Source: Natronospirales bacterium
GTDB lineage: Bacteria > Pseudomonadota > Gammaproteobacteria > Natronospirales > JAIVGZ01
NCBI GenBank assembly: GCA_020201335.1
Contig: JAIVGZ010000005.1
Location: 45,099-109,098 of the forward strand
DNA length: 64,000 nt
Direction: 5' to 3'
The notes below the pieces were generated by a model. The model saw nothing but the letters and a program-made list of their open reading frames with translations, was not told the origin of the DNA and searched no databases. Positions 22,017 through 32,600 of this stretch are shown one piece after another; the stretch's first letter is position 1, and each line of letters starts with the position of its first letter. Both the position numbers and the translations under genes were made by a program.

Positions 22017-23828
22017 TCAGACATCGCGGCGGACCTTTACGAGCGTGCCGCCGGCCGCAGCCAGCATTACCAGCAGCGCAAGCAACATCGCCCAGTCCAA
22101 CGAACCGCTGCCGCCGTTCGCTTCCGCTGTAGCCTCACGAACGATGATCCGCCCGTTCATGTACGGGTGTGGGGTGCAGATGTATTCGTAAGTACCCGGC
22201 GTGGTGAATTCGACGACATCGCTCTCGGCGTGCGCGAGCATTCTGGTCGCGAACATGTTCGGGCCGTCTATACCCACGGCATTGTGGATGCCTGAGAATT
22301 CGCCGCTCATGAACGTAAACACTTCCTCGTTCACCCACCGCACGCGGGTACCCGGCTCGATTTCGATCACCTTCGGGTAATACGAGTTGCCGATGATCCG
22401 GACGGTGACTTCCTTCACATCCGGGCCGTACACGACCGGAACATCCGGCAGCGCAAGGCTGCCGCCTTCGGACGCGGTGCCCGGCTTGAACGGAGACACG
22501 GTGCGTACCGCTTGCGCCGCCATCTCGGCGAGTTGCTCTGCAGTGTAAGCGGGGCCCTCGGCCAGTAGCGTGAGCGGGGTTTCTGCGTTGCGGTCGGCCT
22601 GGAGGATGCCGATTGCGCCGCGGCTCGTGTTGCCGACCGAGTGGTCGAGCATCAGATAGCTGCCTTCATCCGGCGGCACGCGGAACTCAATCACCCAACT
22701 GTCAGACGGACCGGAAGTCACTGTCTGGCCTCCGGGCAGGCGTGCGTTTGGATGGCCTTGCCAGTACACGTGGTCCCAAATGATGCCGACGATGTGGAAA
22801 GTCGACATCTGGGTCGGACCGACGTTCAGGTAGTGGATGCGGACATAGTCGCCCGGCTTCGCACGAATCGGCTCTTCGACGTAGCGAAACACCTTGCCGT
22901 TGAACGCGGTGTACATCGGGCTGCCTTCAATTGCGTCGCGACCGCTCGCAAAGATTTCATGCTGCAACAGGTAGAGGTTCACATCCGGCGCTCGGCCGAG
23001 TTCCTCCTCCATGCGGTACTTGGTGTCGCGCGGCTCTACTACAATCATTCCGTACTGCCCGAACAGAACGTGCATCGGTATCGCGTGGCCGCCCGGCGCG
23101 CAGTGGTACATATACACACCCGGGATCATGGCGCGGAAGGTCACGCTCTTGGTCTCCCCCGGGGCGATGTTGCCCACGTACTTCGAGGTCTGCGTGTATG
23201 CGGCGTGGATCGACGCGCCGTGCGGTATGTCACCCTCGTTCACAATGTTCAGGCGCACAATGTCGCCTTCGGTGACGATGATGGTCGGGCCCGGAATCGA
23301 GCCATTCGTGGTGAAGCCGTCGTACATCACGCCTTGGCCGATGTAGGCCTGGCCCTCTTCGAGCGTGATCGTGAACTCCTTGTCGGGTGTCGCGTCCTGC
23401 GGCACGAAGCTGGTCGGGGCGGTCGCAAGGCCCTCGTCGCGGCGGATGATCTCGATGAAGTCCGCATCACCGAACACCTCTTCGAAGCGTTGCCCGGTTA
23501 GGCGACCGGGGCGTGCGCGTGCCGGGGCGGTCGATTGCGCGGCGCGCGGCGTGGACTGCTGCGCCGCCAGAAGCTGCGTCGTGTCTATGCGGGCGGCCGC
23601 GAGTACCGCAGCGGCGGCGCCAGGCTCGGCTTCGCCGGCGGCGAACGCTGCCTGTGTGCGCATCGCGCGCAGTACATCCTGACCGGCGAGCGAGTTGCCG
23701 CGCTCCTCGAGTAGTTCTGCCGCGAATGCGGTGTTGCAGCTCGGACAGGCTTCCGCTGGCGCCGCGGCGGCGAGCATCGCCACGGTCATCGCAGCGGCTG
23801 CAAGGAAGTTGAACGCCCTGATTTTCAT
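22017..23828 (-). CDS. nirK: three-domain copper nitrite reductase with C-terminal cupredoxin and membrane anchor
   Basis: PGPTI, HGASIH, YHCAPGGHAIPMHVLFGQYG, STFHIVG, LDHS, then HN..YICTPHPYM. Confidence 0.8.
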   Translation of the reverse strand: MKIRAFNFLAAAAMTVAMLAAAAPAEACPSCNTAFAAELLEERGNSLAGQDVLRAMRTQAAFAAGEAEPGAAAAVLAAARIDTTQLLAAQQSTPRAAQSTAPARARPGRLTGQRFEEVFGDADFIEIIRRDEGLATAPTSFVPQDATPDKEFTITLEEGQAYIGQGVMYDGFTTNGSIPGPTIIVTEGDIVRLNIVNEGDIPHGASIHAAYTQTSKYVGNIAPGETKSVTFRAMIPGVYMYHCAPGGHAIPMHVLFGQYGMIVVEPRDTKYRMEEELGRAPDVNLYLLQHEIFASGRDAIEGSPMYTAFNGKVFRYVEEPIRAKPGDYVRIHYLNVGPTQMSTFHIVGIIWDHVYWQGHPNARLPGGQTVTSGPSDSWVIEFRVPPDEGSYLMLDHSVGNTSRGAIGILQADRNAETPLTLLAEGPAYTAEQLAEMAAQAVRTVSPFKPGTASEGGSLALPDVPVVYGPDVKEVTVRIIGNSYYPKVIEIEPGTRVRWVNEEVFTFMSGEFSGIHNAVGIDGPNMFATRMLAHAESDVVEFTTPGTYEYICTPHPYMNGRIIVREATAEANGGSGSLDWAMLLALLVMLAAAGGTLVKVRRDV

Positions 23829-23881
23829 GGTCAGTCTCCTATGTGTGCGCCTATCGTACGCCGTCAAACTGACCCAGAACC

Positions 23882-23895
23882 TTGCGCGAGCGCAA
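23882..23895. promoter_or_regulatory. NnrR/Crp-Fnr-type box
   Basis: TTGCGC-GA-GCGCAA palindrome (TTGCG-N4-CGCAA) upstream of nirK. Confidence 0.72.
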
Positions 23896-23930
23896 CTTAT
23901 GGGCAGTGAGACATTGCGGCTTATACCTAT

Positions 23931-23944
23931 TTGCGCCTGCGCAA
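23931..23944. promoter_or_regulatory. second NnrR/Crp-Fnr-type box
   Basis: TTGCGC-CT-GCGCAA upstream of the divergent porin gene. Confidence 0.72.
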
Positions 23945-23979
23945 TGCGGTAGCGCTAGTTGCGCGCGATGATGGGCTCC

Positions 23980-25026
23980 ATGAAACGCACTTTGATTGCG
24001 CTCGCGGCGGCGCTGGTTGCCGCGCCGGCCACCGCCGATTGGACCTGGGACCTGCGCTATCGCTACGAGCAGGTCGATGACGCGGCGCTCGCTGAGCGCA
24101 TAGACGCGCAATCCGTGCGGCTACGGCTCGGTTGGCTGTGGATGCCGGTCGAGCGCTGGTCGCTATACCTCGAAGGCGAGCATTCCGAAGTACTCGCGGA
24201 TCGCCTGCCTGCCGACCCGCCGCTTACAGAGCTCAATCAACGCTGGCTGCGCTGGTCTGGTGAACGCGTCGAGGCGACACTCGGCCGGCAACGGCTGCAA
24301 TTTGGCAACCAGCGCTTCGTCGGGAACGTCGGCTGGCGGCAGGCCGAGCAGACTTTCGATGCGCTCCACCTGCGCGGCGGGATGGGAGTTGAGTGGCGCT
24401 ACGCGTACGTCGACGCGGTGCAGCGCGTTAACGGTCAACGCCGCGACCACGATTCGCACCTTGCGGCCGCTACATGGGGCCGTGTTCAGGGGTACGCATT
24501 CCTGTTCGATGATCGGACCGCGCCGGCCGACTCGTCGATGACTGTCGGATTGCGCTGGAGCGGCGAAACGGGGCCGCTTCGCTGGACGATCGAGGGTGCT
24601 CGCCAGCGCGACAGCGGCGGCCAGCCGGTCGCGTACCGCGCCGACTATTTTCTGGTCGAGCCATCGGTTAGGTTCGCCGGTGTACGGTGGGCGTTTGGGC
24701 GTGAATACCTGGGAGGTGACGGCGTGAAGGGCTTCGCAACCCCTTTCGCCACGCTGCACGCGTTCAATGGGTGGGCGGACCGCTTCCTCGCGACGCCGCC
24801 GGATGGGCTTGATGATCGCTATGCGTCAGCCACGGGTACGCTTGCGCGCGGCACTTGGACCGTCGTGTATCACGATTACGGCGCGTTCGGTGACGAATGG
24901 AATGCCTCGTATGCGCGCCCAATCGGCGAGTCGGCGCGCTGGCTGGTTAAAGCCGCGGATTTCTCCGGTGGCACGCTGCCGTCGGTGCGTAAATTGTGGC
25001 TGCAGTTGGAGTGGCCGGCGCGATGA
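23980..25026 (+). CDS. alginate-export-family outer membrane beta-barrel
   Basis: LRYRYEQV, GRQRL..NQRFVGNVGWRQ.EQTFD, FATPFATLHAFNGWADRF. Confidence 0.85.
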   Translation: MKRTLIALAAALVAAPATADWTWDLRYRYEQVDDAALAERIDAQSVRLRLGWLWMPVERWSLYLEGEHSEVLADRLPADPPLTELNQRWLRWSGERVEATLGRQRLQFGNQRFVGNVGWRQAEQTFDALHLRGGMGVEWRYAYVDAVQRVNGQRRDHDSHLAAATWGRVQGYAFLFDDRTAPADSSMTVGLRWSGETGPLRWTIEGARQRDSGGQPVAYRADYFLVEPSVRFAGVRWAFGREYLGGDGVKGFATPFATLHAFNGWADRFLATPPDGLDDRYASATGTLARGTWTVVYHDYGAFGDEWNASYARPIGESARWLVKAADFSGGTLPSVRKLWLQLEWPAR

Positions 25027-25048
25027 GGGTACTTGCTACAATCGCGCG

Positions 25049-25356
25049 ATGGATTCGTCGCTGCAAGCCTTGTCCGACGCCACGCTGTTCGCTGGGCTTC
25101 CAGACGTGGACCGCGATGCGATGCTCGCCGTTGCGGCGGTGCGTTCGCATGATCCCGGTCAGATGCTGTTCGCACAGGGTGACGCAGCCGACACCTTTTA
25201 CCTGGTCTCAGACGGCAGCGTTAAGCTCGTACAGGCAACGCCGGATGGTCGCGAGATGATTGGCTGTCCGAGTGGCAGGACGCGGGGCTCGTGAGTACGC
25301 GCAAGCGCCACATCGTGATCCACGACCGCGACGCGCTCGCGCGCCTCGCCGGGTAG
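25049..25356 (+). pseudogene. Crp/Fnr (NnrR/DNR-like) regulator with large internal deletion and frameshift
   Basis: N-terminal LFAGL..LFAQGDAA..GSVKL..DGREMI joins near 25262, out of frame, to C-terminal LSEWQDAGLV..IVIHDRDAL. Confidence 0.78.
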
Positions 25357-25363
25357 GTTTACG

Positions 25364-26464
25364 GTGGCGCTGTTCAGTGATGGTTTCCGCCCTTTCTTCC
25401 TCGGCGCCGCCGCGGCCGCGTCTCTGCACATCGCCATGTGGCTCTCTTTTCTGTTCGGTGATGGCGTGGCGCCAGCCGGCCAGTCTCCGATCGTCTGGCA
25501 CGGCGGCGAGTTGCTGTTCGGCTTCGCGTCGGCGCTCGTCGCCGGTTTCCTGCTCACGGCAGTCGGCAACTGGACCGGCCGCCGCGTCGCGGGCCCTGCG
25601 CTGCTCGCAGCGCTGTTCACACTTTGGGTGGCGGGCCGCATCGCGCCGTGGGCTGGCGCGTCATCACTGCTGTCGGCAATATTGGTCGCGGCATTTGGTG
25701 TAGCGCTGACGCTGGTCATCGCGCGGCCCATCGTCGCGGCGCGAAATGCGCGCAACTACCCGGTGGTCGGCATAATCGCTGCATTCGCAGCGGCAGCCGC
25801 TTGGCTGGCGTTCCGGCCGTCGGTGCCGCCTTTGCACGCGGCTGCCGACGCGCTGCTGGTGTTGATGGTGTTCATCGGCGCACGCGTAATCCCGTTCTTT
25901 ACCAGGCGGCGTTTCCCGGAAACGAGCGTCGTTCCCGGCGGTTTGTTTACTTGGATTGCGGTCGCGCTGACGGTTGCGGCGGTTGTCGCACGCTGGACAC
26001 CATTGCCGTCGCTCGTCACATCCGTTGTGGAGGGTGCCGCTGCGGTATCGTTGGTCGCTTTGTTATTCCGCTGGAGATGGTGGGCGACCCTGCGCGAGCC
26101 GATGCTGTGGATCCTGCACCTCGGTTACGCGTGGCTCGCGCTCACGCTCGTGCTGCGCGCGGTCGAGGCGCCTGCGTCCGCGGCGCTGCATGCGCTGACG
26201 GTCGGCGCGCTCGGCGCACTCGCGATTGGGATGATGACGAGGGTCGCGCTCGGCCACACCGGCCGGCCGATTCAGGCGGACGCGTGGATGACCGCGGCGT
26301 TCGTACTGGTCGCGCTTTCGCCGCTCGCGCGGCTTGGGTACGGGGTGCTGCCGTTCGACGCTGCCCGAATCGCGTTGATCCTAGGCGGCGTGCTGTGGAG
26401 TGCAGGCTTCGCGCTCTATACGGTGCGCTTCGTGCCGGTGATGTTCAGTCGCCGCCTGCCTTGA
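25364..26464 (+). CDS. nnrS: NnrS family NO-response membrane protein
   Basis: GFRPFFL, GFLLTAVGNWTG, RVIPFFT, LHLGY, MMTRVALGHTGR. Confidence 0.92.
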   Translation: MALFSDGFRPFFLGAAAAASLHIAMWLSFLFGDGVAPAGQSPIVWHGGELLFGFASALVAGFLLTAVGNWTGRRVAGPALLAALFTLWVAGRIAPWAGASSLLSAILVAAFGVALTLVIARPIVAARNARNYPVVGIIAAFAAAAAWLAFRPSVPPLHAAADALLVLMVFIGARVIPFFTRRRFPETSVVPGGLFTWIAVALTVAAVVARWTPLPSLVTSVVEGAAAVSLVALLFRWRWWATLREPMLWILHLGYAWLALTLVLRAVEAPASAALHALTVGALGALAIGMMTRVALGHTGRPIQADAWMTAAFVLVALSPLARLGYGVLPFDAARIALILGGVLWSAGFALYTVRFVPVMFSRRLP

Positions 26465-26918
26465 GCTGCATCACATACGCGACGACATCGTGAATCTGCT
26501 GGTCGTCGAGCGAGCGACCAAACGCTGCCATGGTTGGCGCGAGGTTCGCAGCCATGCCGCCGTCGCGTACAACGAGATAGGCGCGTTCCGCTGTCATTGC
26601 TTCCGCTGCCGTGAAATCCGTAGCAGGCGGGCGTAGCGCGCGTCCCACAGGACCGTCACCTCGGCCTTCCCGACCGTGGCACGACGAACAGTTGGCCATG
26701 TAAATCGCCTGACCACGCGCCGCATCGCCGTTCAGTTCGAACGGACCGGTGGATGAGGGCGGTGTGCTCGCGGTAGCCGGAGTTTGCGCCGGCTGCTGTG
26801 CGGGCGTCGTCGCGGGTCGCTCCGGCTGCGCCTGCTGGGCTTGTGGCTGCTCTGCGGGTTGCTGGCCGCACGCGGCGAGGGCAACAGCGAAGGCGGCAAT
26901 GGTAAGAGGTTTGTTCAT
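26445..26918 (-). CDS. lipoprotein monoheme cytochrome c
   Basis: Lipobox LAAC, Q/P-rich linker, CSSCH, distal Met. Confidence 0.88.
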   Translation of the reverse strand: MNKPLTIAAFAVALAACGQQPAEQPQAQQAQPERPATTPAQQPAQTPATASTPPSSTGPFELNGDAARGQAIYMANCSSCHGREGRGDGPVGRALRPPATDFTAAEAMTAERAYLVVRDGGMAANLAPTMAAFGRSLDDQQIHDVVAYVMQLKAGGD

Positions 26919-26986
26919 GTGTTTCTCCAGGGGCTGTCTTCCCCAACATAGGACTATGCGCCTCCGCGGTCAATCCACGCACGCGC

Positions 26987-28112
26987 TCAGGAGTAGCCGA
27001 ACAGCGGCGGGAACGCTACGACGACGAATGCCGCCCACGCTGCGTATACAGGCAGATAGGCCGTCTGCCACCGTTCGAGAGCGGTAAATAGCGTGTCGCC
27101 GCGCAGGAAGCGGATGTACAGCACCGCAGACCACGCGAGGTTCACCAGCAGCACGAGGTTCATGCCCAGCGCGGCGACGCGGTTCGGGCTGAAACCGAAT
27201 TCAGTGATTCGCGCGGCGATTGCCCACAGCGCGACTGCATCGGCGAGCAGTGCGCTGACCACCAACACGACCTGCGCATAATCGGACAGGGCCGGCAGTG
27301 CCCACGGGTCACGCGCCGAAACCGAATAGAGCAGCAGGCCGACGACCACTACGAGCAGCAGGTCGAACGCGATCAGCACTTCGCGTTCGACATCAATTCC
27401 GCGGCCGGTAATGAGCAGCGTCGCAAGAAAGGTGACCAGCATTACCGCGAACAGTGGCGTGAACAGACGTGTCAGCACCGGCGCCATGTTCTCGATTACG
27501 CTCTGCTTGGATTCCACTAGCCAGGCGCCGATCACGACCGCGCCCATCGCGCCGGTCGGCAGCACCCACGACTCGAAAAACGGCTCGGCGTCGATCCCGA
27601 TAGCGCCGAAGATCATCGACATGAACCCGACGAACACGCCACCGCCGAGGGCGATTAGCACGTAATAAATGAACAGCTCGCCTGAGAAGCGCACGAAATC
27701 CATGCGCCCGCCGACCTCGCGCCAGCGGGCGCCGGCGTACGCGATACCGACGACGAGCCACAGCGCAATCGGCAAATGAAGCGCGGCAAGCGCTTCTGTG
27801 TTCTGCAGACCGGGCGCAAACGGATACCCGTTTGCAAAGACCGCAGCCACGACGAACGCCGCGCCGAGCCAACCGACGGTGCGCGCGCCGAGCTGCCGCT
27901 TCCACGCGAAGTAGCCGGTCAGGATGGGCAGCACGAAGAAGCTGATGTTGCTGAGGTAGAACGCGTCGTTCTCGTTACCGAACGGAATGCCAAACAGCGC
28001 CGGCAGCTTTATTGCCAGCGCTGCCGCGGCTGCGAACGCAAACGCGACCAACGCGTCGGTTCGGTCAGCCGTTTCGCGTTCTCCGGTATCCGACGGCGCG
28101 ACGACCAACTGC
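26987..28112 (-). pseudogene. polytopic membrane protein (permease-prefix-domain family), 5' end lost
   Basis: Multi-TM body (RMDFVRFSGE, ENMAPVL, GFSPNRVAALG) starts abruptly at QLVVAP, fused to a truncated padR. Confidence 0.6.
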
Positions 28113-28344
28113 TGTACTTACGGCGGCGGCCGCTTTCCGCAACTTCCCACCGGGCCTTGATGTGGTCGAGCCGTTCGAGCCGGTGCAACACCGGGTACAG
28201 CATTCCGTCGGTCCATTCGATACGACCGCCGGACAACTCCCGCACCCGCTGGAGGATTGCGTAGCCGTAGCTGTCCCCGTCGGCCAGGATGGCGAGCACA
28301 ATCGGCGTCGACGACGCGGCCATCAGGTCTTTGTTTACATGCAT
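28113..28344 (-). pseudogene. PadR family regulator, 3' end lost
   Basis: SYGYAI, GMLYPVLHRLE, GRRRKY, then unrelated sequence in place of the final helix. Confidence 0.72.
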
Positions 28345-28414
28345 AGCGCTGTTATACATCGCAGCGCAAGGTATAGCAAGTACAAGGGTGCGCCGGCAGG
28401 CGCCGCCGGGAAAA

Positions 28415-28552
28415 CTACAGGTTAAAGAGTCCGACGATGCCGACGATGATCAGGTACACCGCGACGATGTAATTGAGCAGCCTCGGGAATATCAGAATCA
28501 GGATGCCGGCGATCAGTGAAATCAATGGGGTGAGGCCGAAGGTCATGGTCAT
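28415..28552 (-). CDS. DUF3096-like small membrane protein (45 aa)
   Basis: Hand translation MTMTFGLTPLISLIAGILILIFPRLLNYIVAVYLIIVGIVGLFNL. Confidence 0.85.
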   Translation of the reverse strand: MTMTFGLTPLISLIAGILILIFPRLLNYIVAVYLIIVGIVGLFNL

Positions 28553-29580
28553 GTTGCGGTTTTCCCGTTTGGTGGTGAGTGGTAAGTTCCTTGCTGCGCG
28601 GCGCCGTTCAGGCGCGCGCGCTTCAATAATGCCTGTTGTGCGGCCGCGACGTTAGCTACTTCGCCGCGCCATGCCTTCAGGACAGGCGCCTGAAGGGCGC
28701 GGCCATAGGAGAAGCTGAGCGCCCACGGCTTAGCGCCATCGGCGGCGTTAATCGCGTTGAGGTTCTCCGTCGCCGTCTCGTCGGTCTGACCGCCGGACAG
28801 AAACATGATGCCGGGGACCGCGGCGGGTACGGTGCGGCGCAGGCAGGTCAGCGTCGCCGCGGCGACTTCGGCCGCAGGTGCCTGTTGGGGGCACTCGGTG
28901 CCCGACACCACCATGTTGGGTTTCAGCAGCATGCGCTCCAGCACGACGCCATGCGCGTGCAAGGCATCGAAGACTGCTTGCAGCACAGCCTCCGTCACCT
29001 GCGCGCAGCGCGTGAGCGTGTGCGCGCCGTCCATCAGCACCTCGGGTTCGACAATTGGAACGAGGCCCTGCGCCTGGCAGATGGCGGCGTAACGGGCGAG
29101 CGCGTGCGCGTTCACCTCGATCGCGTGCGCGCTCGGCAGGTCGTCGCTGATTGACAGCACCGCGCGCCATTTGGCGAAGCGGGCACCGAGTTCGCGGTAC
29201 TCATCAAAGCGCGCCGCGAGCCCGTCCAGCCCTTGTGTGACTTTCTCGCCGGGGTGGCCGGGTAAGTCGACTGTGCCCTTATCGACCTTGATACCGGGGA
29301 TGATTCCGTTCGCGGCCAGGCCTTCCGCAAACGGGGTGCCGCCTGCGTCCTTTTGGCGCAGGGTCTCGTCGAACAGGATGACGCCACTGATGAACTCGCT
29401 GAGCCCCTTGGTCGAGAACAGCAGGTCGCGGTATGCGCGACGATTCTCCTCGGTGCACTGCACACCGATGGATTTCAGGCGCTTCTCGATTGTGCCGGTA
29501 CTTTCATCGGCCGCGAGGATGCCCTTGCCACGCGTCGTCAGCGCGAGGGCGGTCCGGTGCAGCTCGTCGAATGCAGTCAC
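28549..29580 (-). CDS. class I fructose-bisphosphate aldolase
   Basis: GILAADES, GIKVDKG, FAKWR, PIVEPEV, LLKPNMV, FLSGGQ, FSYGRALQ. Confidence 0.95.
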   Translation of the reverse strand: MTAFDELHRTALALTTRGKGILAADESTGTIEKRLKSIGVQCTEENRRAYRDLLFSTKGLSEFISGVILFDETLRQKDAGGTPFAEGLAANGIIPGIKVDKGTVDLPGHPGEKVTQGLDGLAARFDEYRELGARFAKWRAVLSISDDLPSAHAIEVNAHALARYAAICQAQGLVPIVEPEVLMDGAHTLTRCAQVTEAVLQAVFDALHAHGVVLERMLLKPNMVVSGTECPQQAPAAEVAAATLTCLRRTVPAAVPGIMFLSGGQTDETATENLNAINAADGAKPWALSFSYGRALQAPVLKAWRGEVANVAAAQQALLKRARLNGAAQQGTYHSPPNGKTAT

Positions 29581-29646
29581 CGGACCAGCTTGCGACGATG
29601 GATGCCTGCGGTCAAACAGGGTATCCCCTGAATTTCGTGGGTCCTG

Positions 29647-32600
29647 TCAATGCAACACGGCGTCCAGCTTGCGTGCGTGCCACAGGAAGTACAGGGCGGG
29701 CAGCACGAAGAGTGCGACGAGCCACACAGTGAACACGCCGCCAACCATCGGTGCCGCAATCCGTTGCATAACCTCCGAGCCGGTGCCGCCGCCGAGCATC
29801 ACCGGCAACAACCCAAGGAATACGGTGGCCTGCGTCATCGTGATTGGCCGGACGCGCAGCGCAGCGCCGTCGGCAAGCGCCGTGCTCAACGCCGCTCGTG
29901 TGTGGTCGGCACCCGCGCGCCAGCGCTCGAGCGCCTGGTTGAGGTAAACGACCATGATTACGCCGGTCTCGGCGGCGAGCCCGCCGAGCGCGACGAAGCC
30001 GACCGCGACCCCGATCGACATGTTGAAGTCGAGCAACCACATCAGCCACAGCCCGCCGGCCAGCGACAGCGGCACCGCGGATAGCACCAAAGCCGAGTCC
30101 GAGGCCCGCCGAAAGGTCATCATCAGCAGCACGACAATGATAACGAGCGTAAGGGGTACCAACGTGCCGAGGCGCGCCCGCGCCCGCTCCATGTACTCAT
30201 ACTTGCCCGAGAAGCCGACCGTGTAGCCGGGTGGGAGGTCGACCTCGTCGGCAATCACGCGGCGGGCCTCAGCGACCCAGCCGCCGAGGTCCCGCCCCTC
30301 GATGTCGACGAACACAAAGCTGGCAGGGCGCGTGTTCTCGGTGCGAATCATCGCCGGACCGTCGGCAATACTGACGGTCGCGAGTTCACCTAGGGGAACA
30401 TGCGTGCCGGCCGGCGTGACGATGGGGATTTCGCGCAGCCGCTCCGGCGAATCGCGCCAGTCTGCGTGGAGCCGCACGTTGACCGGGTAGCGCTCAAGGC
30501 CCTCGACCGTCTCGGTTACGTCGGCCCCGCCGATGCCGTACCGAACGGTCTCGTGCACGTCGGCAATGTTCATCCCGTGCCGCGCGGCAGCCGTGCGGTC
30601 GACGTCAATCACCACATAGCGGCCACCCGCAGGGCGGTCGGCGAACGCGGTGAGGGTCCCATCGATGTCGGCGACAACGGCCTCAATCTGCGTTGCGACA
30701 TTCTGGATCACGTTGAGGTCGGCGCCGGTCACTTGGATGCCGACATCGGTGCGTATCCCGGTCTGGAGCATGTCGATGCGCGTCTGGATCGGGAACACCC
30801 ACGCGTTGCTGACGCCTGGAATCTGCACCAGTGCATCGAGTTCGCTTATCAATCGCGCAGTAGTCATCCCGTCGCGCCACTCGTTGCGTGGCTTGAGCGT
30901 GATGAAGGTCTCGATCATCGTCAACGGCGCAGGGTCGGTCGCGGTTTCCGCGCGCCCGGCCTTGCCGAGTACGCGCGCAACCTCAGGCACCTGGCGAATC
31001 AGCGCGTCGGTCTGCTGGAGGAGCTCCGCTGCCTTGCCCGGCGATAGCCCGGGCAGCGTCGTCGGCATGTACATCAGATCGCCCTCGTCGAGCTCCGGCA
31101 TGAACTCGGTTCCGAGCCGCGACAGTGGGTACAGCGTGGACGCGATGAGCAGCAGCGCACCGACCGCCACCCACCATGGGCGGCGCAGCGCGCCACCGAC
31201 GAGCGGGCGGTAGTGCCGATGCAGGAAGTTCGCGACCGGATTCTCCCGTTCCGGCCGGATACGGCCGCGAATGAACCAGCCCATCAGCACAGGCACCAGC
31301 GTGATTGCGAGCCCGGCCGCGGCCGCCATTGTGTAGGTTTTCGTGAACGCGAGCGGCGCAAACATCCGCCCCTCTTGCGCCTCCAGCGCGAATACCGGCA
31401 GGAACGACAGCGCGACGATCATCAGTGAGAAGAAAATAGGGCGACCTACTTCGAGCGTCGCGCGCTCAATCGTCTGCCAGTGCGCGTCGCGTCCGGGTAC
31501 CTCTCGCTCGAAGTGCCGGTGCACGTTCTCAATCAATACAATCGCAGCGTCGACCATTACGCCAATCGAGATAGCGATGCCACCGAGCGACATGATGTTC
31601 GCGTTGATACCCTGCTGGTACATCACGATGAACGCCGCAAGCACGCCCAGCGGCAGGCTCAGCACAATCACCAGCGACGAACGCAGGTGCCACAGGAACA
31701 GCCCGCAGATGATGATTACCACGAGGAACTCGAGTGCGAGTTTCTCCCACAGCGTCGCGACCGCGCGCCCAATCAGCGCCGAGCGGTCGTACGCTTCGAC
31801 AATCTCGACGCCAGGAGGAAGGCCCGCACGCAGTTCGTCGAGCTTCGTACGTACTGCGTTGATGGTTGCGCGGGCGTTCTCCCCGTGTCGCATCACGATG
31901 ATGCCGCCGACCACCTCACCTTTGCCGTCCAGTTCCGCGATGCCGCGCCGTTGGGCGGGGCCGCGCCGGATATCGGCAACGTCCTGTAACAAAATGGGCG
32001 TCCCAGAGGCGTTGCGCCCGAGCGGGATTTGCCGCAGGTCGTCGAGCGACTGGATATACCCGGTCGCCCGCACCATGTACTCGGCCTCTGCAAGTTCGAG
32101 CAGTGAGCCGCCGGCCTCCGCGTTGCCGCGCTCGACGGCCATCCGCACCTGTTCGAGCCCAATCCCGTACGCACGCAAGCGGTTCGGGTCTATTGCGACC
32201 TGGTATTGGCGCACCATCCCGCCGACGGTTGCGACCTCAGCTACGCCCGGCACTCCCTGCAACTCGAATTTCAGGAACCAGTCTTGGAGCGCCCGTAACT
32301 GCGACAAGTCGTGCGCACCGGTCCGGTCGACAAGCGCGTACTTGTAGACCCAGCCGACTCCGGTTGCGTCAGGGCCAAGGGCAGGACGAATGCCGGCCGG
32401 CATCTGCCCTTCGACCTGGCTGAGGTATTCCTGCACTCGCGAGCGTGCCCAGTACGGGTCGGTGCCGTCATCGAATAGCACGTAAATGAACGAGTCGCCG
32501 AACATTGAAAAGCCGCGGACGGTGTGCGCGCCGGGCACTGCCATCAGCGCGGTGGTCAGCGGGTAGGTAACTTGCCGCTCGACGACCTCCGGGGCCTGGC

